Of a DNA stretch of 64,000 bases, positions 55,050 through 64,000 are shown one piece after another. This stretch comes from Octopus vulgaris (lineage: Eukaryota), in NCBI GenBank assembly GCA_951406725.2, contig OX597821.1:51150001-51214000 (forward strand), in the 5' to 3' direction. Both the position numbers and the translations under genes were made by a program. Below the pieces are notes generated by a model. That model saw only the letters and a program-made list of their open reading frames with translations. It had not been told where the DNA came from and did no database searches. Positions within the stretch are counted from its first letter, which is position 1, and every line of letters starts with the position of its first letter.

Positions 55050-55786
55050 GATATCATTCACTATTCCAATAATTTCTGCAGTCGCTCGATCTCCTAGAAA
55101 ACGCAGTGACATGAATATCCATAATAATGTGATAAATTACGACAACAACATGAAATGGATAATAATGCGACAAAAATTAACTAACAAAACCAAAAATGTG
55201 TACAACAATAACAGCAACACACCAAGTAATATTTAATTGCAATAATCATTACAAAAAATAGCGCTTGTAACAAAAAGAACGACTTCAACAATTCAAAGGA
55301 AATTATCAGGAGCAGCAAAAGTGTAAACTGGAAGTGACAAAGAAGCGAATAGCTTTAAAAATGGAAACAGGAAGTAGACATCATAGTGAAGGAGAGTTTC
55401 TTGTTCGATTTCATTCAGAAGGATGACAGCCATGATAAAACCTTTAAAATAGTCCATAAACGTCACATTTTTTATTAAAATACATTAAAACTGGTATTAT
55501 TGTGAGCATTTTTCTATTCGTTTAGATTGACAGGAGATTACTGGAGCAAAATTCCAGAGTTATATCGCATTTCTTCGTTGACATGTTCTCCATTATTTTA
55601 AAAATGAAATTTTGAGATAATTTATACACGTGTACGTTCGTTAGTCAACCTGTTTCACACAAACAAGATGTTTGCGTGAAACAAAATATGCTACAACTTA
55701 CACAAATTCGTCCATTCATAAGTACATACACTTGTAAAAACACCATTAGGTGCAGCATTACTGTGTTGATATTGTCTAAATTCGAA

Positions 55787-55992
55787 GGCGGCGAGCTGAG
55801 CAGAAACGTTAGCACGTCGGGCTTAGCGGTATTTCGTCTGTCCTTACGTTCTGAGTTCAAATTCCGCCGAGGTCGACTTTGCCTTTCATCTTTTCGGGGC
55901 CGATGAATTAAGTACCAGTTGCATACTGGGGTTGATCTAATCGACTTGCCACCTTCTCAGACATTTCAGGCCTTGTGCCTAGAGCAGAAAAG
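55787..55992 (+). mobile_element. SINE family A monomer (tail2) with TSD
   Basis: TSD GATATTGTCTAAATTC (55768-55783) / GATATTATCTAAATTC (55993-56008). Confidence 0.9.
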
Positions 55993-56121
55993 GATATTAT
56001 CTAAATTCTTATTTAAGTACTCTGTAATTAGGAAAGAAACAAAATCTTCGTCCAGTGGTACAGAACAGAAAAATAAATTAAGCTCCAGTACCATGCATGC
56101 AATCGCGCGCACAGGCATATG

Positions 56122-56156
<35 letters not shown>

Positions 56157-56331
56157 GTGCGCGCGCGTATGTGTGTGTTGAGAATTCGTTTCACAGCCAT
56201 GTACTTCAGTGTTCAGTCCCACTGCGTGTTATCTTGAGCAAGTGATTGCCTTCTATAATAGCCCCGTCCCACCCAACGCCGGCTGTGAGTGAATTTTATA
56301 GATGGAAGTTGCGTCGAACCTAGGTCGTGTG

Positions 56332-56508
<177 letters not shown>

Positions 56509-56539
56509 GTGTATGTATGTATGTATGTATGTATGTATG

Positions 56540-56570
<31 letters not shown>

Positions 56571-56813
56571 TTATGTGCATTCGAGCTTGCGTTTCTCACC
56601 CATAGCTTATCAAACAGTATTCGTTTCTTTACGAACTCATAACTTCAAGGGCATTAGTGTAGACTTAAAAATACGTACCAAGAGTGAAATCATTCGATAA
56701 ATACTTCAAGAGTTCCACAATATGATCGTAGTCCAATGACTGAAAACAAGTAAAGAGAATACGTACATATATGTACATATGTACATATAATTATATATAT
56801 ATGCTTGTGTATA

Positions 56814-56910
<97 letters not shown>

Positions 56911-58739
56911 ATATATATATATATTTGTTTGTTTGTGTGTGCGTGCGCGATCGCGAGTGCGTATGTGCTTGTAACACTTAAAAAAAATTTACACGTACAT
57001 CACAAACTTTCGATGTGGCTTATTTCGCAGTTTCCCTTTGTGGCATTTTATGGTACTTTTTTCAACTGTCCCTTTTCCTACTTTTTACAAGTATTTCATT
57101 TGTATTTATTGGATCTGCTTTTACATATGTCAAATAAGTTTATAAAATTTTTACAGAGGTGACAAGGTTTAGATCTTGAAAATTTTATTTGAATTTCAAT
57201 AACCCACAACAGAAATAAATAACAAACGCACACTTATACATATGCACACATTCTTCACATACAAGCACCCATATATCATGCATAATATAGTTACATCGTT
57301 TAAGGGAAATTAAGTGCAGAATTCGTTACTAGGTTATATCCTTTATATACGTACGGTGTTTTACACCACAAAACGATATCAGTAGTAGAGAATACCAGCT
57401 AGTAGCGGTGTTGAGTGTGCTAGAAGTATACGTCTCTTTCGTTGGACTTTGTTGGTAGCTTTTACCAACAGACAAGTACATGCTAAGACAAAATCTTTTG
57501 GTACTGATATAAGAAAACAGTAATTGAAAAACCATGATGTAGCGATTAGCCATTCAGCGGAATAAAATTTCGTCGTATATAAAAGAAGCAGTACTATGCA
57601 TCCATGTTCATAAAGTAACAATGATAGTGCTTTGGGTCTGATGTAAGACAGAATACAGGGTGTGATTTTAGATAGAAGAATTTTGTGTTTTGTATTATAT
57701 TAGCCGAATAATTTTTACAAAACAATGAACTTTTGTCGCTCGGTCAGTTTGTTACTTATAATATAAATTTAATATTATATGGATATATTTACTTCTAAAT
57801 TGGCCACAATGACGTTCTCTCACTGGAATAGCATAGTTCTAAGTAATTTGTCTTTTTGAGATATTTGATGTTTGTTTATTTTTAACAACAACTAGCGGTT
57901 ACTTAATAGGTGAAGAATACATTTAAGGTAAACTATTAATTTATCTTAATCACTAGTTTTATAATTACATGATCTAAATATATTACATAACTTGCTGATC
58001 TCAAAAGCAATAAATCATGTTTCTCTGATAAATTAATTATGAATGTGTTGGGTTGATATTGTAAAACCAGTAACGAAACAATGTTTTTCAGATTTTATTT
58101 TCTAATTAATGACAATCCAGACGAAATGATATTTTCGTCCTACACTGGATTTTGGCGATTTAATTTGGATATTTCGTCTTAATTTAGATATTTTGTCTTC
58201 AAATAGATTGAATCTTATTTAACTTCAGAAAATTAATTACTTGCCTCTATCTGATTGCAGTACAATAAAGAATATATTCGATTGGAATTCTGTGAAGATA
58301 TTTGTTAAAGGAGAATGTAGAAAGTAGATTCTCAATTTTGTTTTAAGATTAACAGTATTATTTTTTCATATATGTTCAAGATATCTTGGCTGAGAAATCT
58401 TCTGGAATATCAATAGGAAACTATCTCGATATTTTTTACGCCGAAGGCCGTTAATTAAATCTAATTTATCCACAAGCAATTTTACTTCCAAATTAAATAT
58501 ATGAAAGCATTTTCAGTCTCATTACTCTGAAAACCAGGTAAATGTTGTTATATATGTCTACAAGCTGTTTTGTGTGTTTAGTATTCCAGAAAAGAACGAC
58601 TGTTGAGTTGGGTTTTATCATGGCTTCATGAAGAAGTATAAGAATAAATGAGATTTCAATCATTCTCTTCAAGTCTTGACAACCTGGTGATTAGCAATCT
58701 AATAAAAGCTAATGATCAATATCTATTATAAATAAAATA

Positions 58740-60300
58740 AAGAGTTATATAACTCTGAACAATATTCGATGTGCCATCAAATTACCTTTCCAATAACACA
58801 AGTCTGGCAAATCAAATATATACTGTTAAAAAAAAACATCCATGTCTCCTTTCTTTAGAGACTTCCACTAATTTGAAGTCTTACTTTGATGGGAAATTAG
58901 GAGACCAAGATAGGAATCAGGCTCCTCATTAGGTCAGCTCAATTTGTGTTGAAGAAATAAGACACTGGACAAAATGCACAGAGAAACTGTTCGTTTTTTG
59001 GGTCCTAGTGATATGGATAGAGAGTAAAAATCATAGTAACGGCTGCTACTTTTGTTAATTCAAGGTTCAGGAGCACACTTTGAAGAGTGGGAAAACATTG
59101 TTTAACCAAATCTCCCATTTCCATTGTGATCTGTTGCAACATGGACCAGACGTTCCGATCGCATCATCACCAAGGAGTCTTCACGACGATGGAGACTTCA
59201 GCAACAGTGAAAATGAAGAACCTTAAGTAATCTGTATGAATTACACGGTCTAGTGAGGGACTTAGGGCTCGCAAAGAAGTCAGCAGAGCATTTAGTTTTT
59301 AGATTTAAATCGAAGAATGTTGTAGCTTGTGCATCATTCTATTGGTATAGTAATTGCGAAAAAGAATTTGTTCCTAATTTGACTCCAAAATAAAATGGTT
59401 TATTATAGAGAAGGATCAGGACCAATAGAAAAGTTTGGCATAAGTTACAGCCCTGATGAATAGAGATTCTTTTAAACTCTTCAAAGAGAAATCTTAAAGC
59501 TGCTCTTCTGAAACTGCATAATGGTAATAGGTATACTTCTATCCCTGTTGGACATACAGTGATCATGAACGAAACTTATGAAAATTTGGCGTCACTCTGA
59601 CAAAAGATTAAATTCAAAGACCACAAGTGAATGATTGGCAACGACTAGAATGTAATTTTCATGTTGCTTGGACAAAAGTCATGCTATACAAAGTTTCTTT
59701 GTTTCTTGTGAGAATGCAGCAATAGAGCCAGGAACCTACATCTCTCTCTCTAAAAAACGACAAAGTAGTGGTATGCTTACACCAGAAACAAAGAATATCT
59801 TTCGAAAAAGTTTGGTTCCGAGAAGGGACCTTTTACCTCCTCTACATATAAAACTTGACCCCATGAAGCAATTCATAAAAGCCTCGCTAGAAGATGGAGA
59901 GGACTTTAAATATTTACGTAGCAAGTTTCCTGCTCTGTCAGGCGCCTAGGTTGAAGATACAAGAAAACTCAAGGATAAAAATCTCGAAAACTCTCTTAGT
60001 GATTCTCAAAAAAGATGCATGGATTAATTTTAAAGGTGTGAGGAAAAGTATTACAAGTATCCAGACTACAAAGGCATAGTAGGGAGAAATCTAACAAAGT
60101 TTGAGGCCTTATGATGTAAAATAAGCATTAAAGTTATTTTCTTATATGCACATTTGGATTTCTGTCTGAAAAATCTGTGGTTGTGAGTGAGGAGCAGGAG
60201 GAAAGTTTTCATCAAGGCATAAAAGGAGATGGAAAGACGGGAAAATGGAAAATGGAATGTAAATATGAGAGCCAACTACTGCTGGATGCTCCGTTGTAAA
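58740..60300 (+). pseudogene. Decayed DNA-transposon transposase, Chapaev3-like (CMC group)
   Basis: Colinear remnants YFDGKLGDQDRNQAPH*V..CVEEIRHW...W.E.KNH..GCYFC (58880-59055), LLPPLHIKL.PMKQFIKA...F.YL..KFP.LS (59830-59940), FL.AHLDF...VSEEQ.E.FHQ.I..ME.R..GKW...M.A.YCW.L (60130-60290); many stops and frameshifts; superfamily call is from recalled motifs. Confidence 0.72.
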
Positions 60301-60427
60301 TGAACGTTAAATAATCACAAATGAGTTTCTGGCGTAGTTTCCAAGTGAATACGAATAGATTTTGAGGTGCTGAACTCAAAACAGAAACCCGCGTAAAAAT
60401 ATTTTCCCCACCTTTCAATTGCATGTA

Positions 60428-61030
60428 CCTTTTGACCGACAGATTTAAAAAATAATTTTTTGTAATTAAATACTTTAAAACGTCGAACACTGGTAGAATG
60501 TGTCATATAAAATATCTTTTACTCTTAGTATTTATATTTATGAAGTTATTTCATGTTAAATTTGTCCTATTTCGGTAATTTCAACCAGTCAATGACGTGT
60601 ATTCAGGTGAATAAAATTACTGCCGTTGTTTGTCAACAAGAACTATCAGCGGTGTATATTTTTCGTTTGTCACTGTTATTTATGACATCATTTGTGCGTT
60701 TGTACTTGTTTTAGCTTTAAGGCTTTAGGGTTAGGGTGTTAAGCTTTTAGGGTTAGGGTTGTCATAAATAATAGTGATAAACGAAATATACACCGCCGGA
60801 AGTTCTTGTTGACAACCAACAGCAGTAGTTTTATTCAGCTGAATATACGGCATTAATTGGTTCAAATTACCGAAATAGGACAACTTTAACATGAAATAAC
60901 TTCGTAAATGTAAGTTTTTCTCGAAACTACTAAGAGTAAAATATGTTTTATATGACACATTCTACCAGTGTCCGAACTTTGAAAGTGTTTAGTTACAAAA
61001 TATTATCTTTAAAATCTGTCGGTCAAAAGG
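60428..61030. mobile_element. Foldback MITE with ~260-bp TIRs, TA TSD and central TTAGGG repeats
   Basis: TA|CCTTTTGACCGACAGATTT...TATGACA (60428-60687) pairs with TGTCATA...AAATCTGTCGGTCAAAAGG|TA (60760-61030); (TTAGGG)2 at 60725-60736 and 60747-60758. Confidence 0.9.
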
Positions 61031-62084
61031 TAAAACTCGTTTTTATTTGTTTCATTTTTTCATATCATATGTGGATTTAGCTACAAATTATAGTATATTT
61101 TATGATTATACTTTGAGAAAATCTTAGGCATGGTTAGGAGCAATAGGACATACAACTATCAAAACAATTTTCAAAATGTTCCGTTTTGTAGACCTATGTA
61201 ATTCGTATTTTATTCATTGACTTACACAATTTATGAGGGAGGAACCAAGAATCTGTTTGGTTTTCCAGAAATAGCAGCCGAATTATCCTCAATTTACGCT
61301 TTGATGTACAAAGTGAAGAAATAATACACTACATAAAGTAGTCTTTGAAATATTAAGACGACAGCATGGATGGAATGCTTTTCATCACTAGCAACAAATA
61401 AGGCGAGAACTCAACTAAATTTGAATATTTTTTACATTATCTGTTATCATGTATGTGAAATTTGACGTGACAGTCAATTCTTTCTTTGAATTAACGTAAA
61501 GAAGAACTGCTGATTAAATTTATTCTCCGCCATACGTGTAGAATATTTACAAGCCGCATCAAAGTTTGGTTTGGTGATGGAAATTTGTGCTTCTATTCGG
61601 CAAATACTGGAGTGATTCAAGGTCCTCTGCTTGTATTTCTTCATATGCTCTCATTTGAATAGGGTCACATTTTATTAAATTCTTCATATTAGTAATGCAA
61701 CTTCAACTTTGTTTAGTATTGAAAGAATTTTCTGTATTTACAGGTTAACAAGGAAATGCTTTTCAATGTAAGTTAGGAAATTTTCAGCATAATCTTATCT
61801 TGGCGTAAATAGGAAATGATGTGTGATCTAGATGTTGCACCGACTCTTGGTTCGGAAAAACGGGAAAAGTAGTATGTAGTGTAAATGATTTTATTTTTGA
61901 ACTGAATTGTAGAGCTCTAATAAAAGTATGATGCCACATTATTAACACACCTTGGATGGAGGACAATAAGGTATATTATTACATGAGAGTTTTTTTTTTT
62001 TTAGAATGCTAAAGATTTTGTGAATATTAGCTAAATTGAGGATAATATGCACTGAATTAACTTCTTTGGAAATAATCATTTGTA

Positions 62085-62295
62085 GGTCGAATCGTTAGCA
62101 CGCCGGGTAAAATGCTTATCGGCATTTCGTCTCTCTTTACTTTCTGAGTTGAAATTCTGCCGAGGTCGACATGTCCTTGCATCTTTTCAGGGCTGATAAA
62201 AGAAGTACCAGTTGAGCACTGGTATCAATGTAATCGACTTACCACCTGCATTCGAAATTGCTGGTCTTGTGTCAAAATTTGAAATCGATAATTAT
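62085..62295 (+). mobile_element. SINE family A, degenerate monomer
   Basis: GAATCGTTAGCACGCCGGG...TTCTGCCGAGGTCGAC...AAGTACCAGTTGAGCACTGG. Confidence 0.8.
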
Positions 62296-62781
62296 TTGTA
62301 GACCGAAATTATTGAAGGTATCCATTGGTTCATTTATTGCTGGCAAATTATAGATCAGTGGCGAAGAGGAATAGAGAAATATTACATGTGTGTATGCTTG
62401 TGTTTGCGTGTGTTTCTGTAGGTGTGAGACGTGTATGTATGTGTTTATGTCTGAGTGTAGGCGAGAACATGCATGCGTCCATTTTTTCCCAGTACAAACT
62501 AAAAAATTCGACAATGTAAAAAAGTAAAAAAAACAAAATGACTCACAAACAGCGCGCGCATACATAAGTATATTCTTAAATATTTGACTGGATGTGTACA
62601 TTAATGTGTGATACAGATCGTCTCATGTTTTGTCTATCCTCGAATCGTCCCCTCTTTTTCTCAACCTCATGGTTAATAACGAAATTGACTGTGACAGAGA
62701 AAGAGGGAGATAAATAGATAGATAGAGAGAGAGAGGTAGAATGATAGAAACGAGGAAAAAATTAAAAAGAGAGAAGAGAAT

Positions 62782-62782
62782 G

Positions 62783-62822
<40 letters not shown>

Positions 62823-62829
62823 GTCTGTA

Positions 62830-62862
<33 letters not shown>

Positions 62863-63067
62863 GTCAATCTATCTGTCAATCTATCTGTCTATCTATCTGT
62901 CTATCTATCTGTCTATCTATCTATCTATCTATCTGTCTATCTATCTGTCTATCTATCTGTCTATCTATCTGTCTATCTATCTGTCTATCTATCTGTCTAT
63001 CTATCTATCTATCTATCTGTCTATCTATCTGTCTATCTATCTGTCTATCTATCTGTCTATCTATCTG

Positions 63068-63126
<59 letters not shown>
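62782..63126. repeat. (TATC)n/(TGTC)n microsatellite at the 5' junction of a LINE
   Basis: Directly visible, with a higher-order 12-mer TCTATCTATCTG. Confidence 0.95.
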
Positions 63127-64000
63127 GACCCGCCTGTTTCAAACGACTTTCGGCCCGGGACCTATGGACAACTTCCAGAGATCCCTGGCCTGGCGGTGCT
63201 ACCGAGAAGCGCTACCCGTTCGGGATAAGCTCTATAGGCATGGCTCGAGAAACACGGGGCCGACCTGCCCGAGATGCGGGCAGGGCGACGAAACCGCTCT
63301 GCACGCAATCGTGCAGTGTCCAGCAATTTCCGACCTGTGGGCTTATGTCGAACGACTGCTGTCACGTGTGGGACGTGTCGGTTTATCAGCCGAGTCTATC
63401 GTTAATATCGTCACGCCTCCTTCCTTCAAACGGGAAGGAAGAGCTATTTTTATCATACTTGTGGCTATGGCGAAAGAATGTATCTGGTGGACGCGCCTGA
63501 AAGGATTAGAGACAAACACTTTCCTCTCTGGTCAATCTCTCATCAACTTCTTCAAGTATCACTTGAAGAGGAAAGTGAGAGTAGAGAGGCAAGTTTTGTC
63601 TAGTGAATGTTTTAAAAAAAGATGGGTGAATGTAGCAAGGATGGCACGTATGAATGACGAAGCCACCTTGACTATGATTCTATGAACCATAAAAATTAAT
63701 ACAGAGAGTTGCTTATTTGCAAAAAAAAAAAAAAGAAATATAACATGTGACTTCACTGACCGAGGTTACCGTGGTCTTTTCCGTAGGCTTTTCTTTCCAC
63801 GGGTAAACCTCACCTGTTCTCCCCCTTTACACTTCATATTGACATTTCTGTGATAACGATCCCTATTGAAAAATAATTTGCTCTGCCCCCACCTTTTTTT
63901 TTTTTTTTTTTGTTATTAACCCCTCCCCTTTTTTTTGTCCTCTGTCTTTCCTTTTACGATCCCTTTTGATCGAAAACCACCACTCCCTTTTTTTTACCCC
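63127..64000 (+). mobile_element. 5'-truncated L1/Tx1-clade non-LTR retrotransposon (zf-RVT, C-terminus, 3' UTR), running off the window
   Basis: Uninterrupted frame to 63685 containing WR...ALPV...L...CPRCGQGDETALHAIVQCP...LW (C-x2-C-x8-H-x4-C zinc knuckle of L1/Tx1 ORF2); 3' UTR near-identical to 28685-28980. Confidence 0.92.

Noticed and set aside
60725-60758. Telomere or chromosome-fusion scar
   Set aside because: Only four TTAGGG units, all inside a MITE spacer
62741-63685. 314-aa ORF as a real chimeric gene
   Set aside because: The N-terminal part is (TATC)n read in frame with a truncated LINE ORF2; no evidence of expression

Overview
AT-rich, microsatellite-dense eukaryotic DNA that looks intergenic or deep-intronic. 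The repeat families resemble those of a coleoid cephalopod (Octopus-like); this is inference. I recognise no host protein-coding exon, and nearly all ORFs in the track are translations of (TA)n, (TG)n, (TATC)n, (TATG)n or SINEs. The window is a mosaic of mobile elements: several tRNA-derived SINE families (some multimeric, some sharing modules), two 3' fragments of an L1/Tx1-type LINE each abutting a (TATC)n tract, a HERO-like RLE retrotransposon 3' end, a CR1/L2-like LINE 3' end, a decayed Chapaev3-like (CMC) transposase, and several MITEs. Highlights: (1) a 362-bp tandem unit at 48648-49343 with two minus-strand minimal type I hammerhead ribozymes carrying a compensatory U3-A8 core, a candidate retrozyme or Penelope pLTR unit; (2) a candidate (GATA)n-targeting Tx1 family whose 3' end is shared with the most abundant SINE; (3) a perfect 179-bp-arm palindrome copied from a SINE locus about 1.9 kb upstream.
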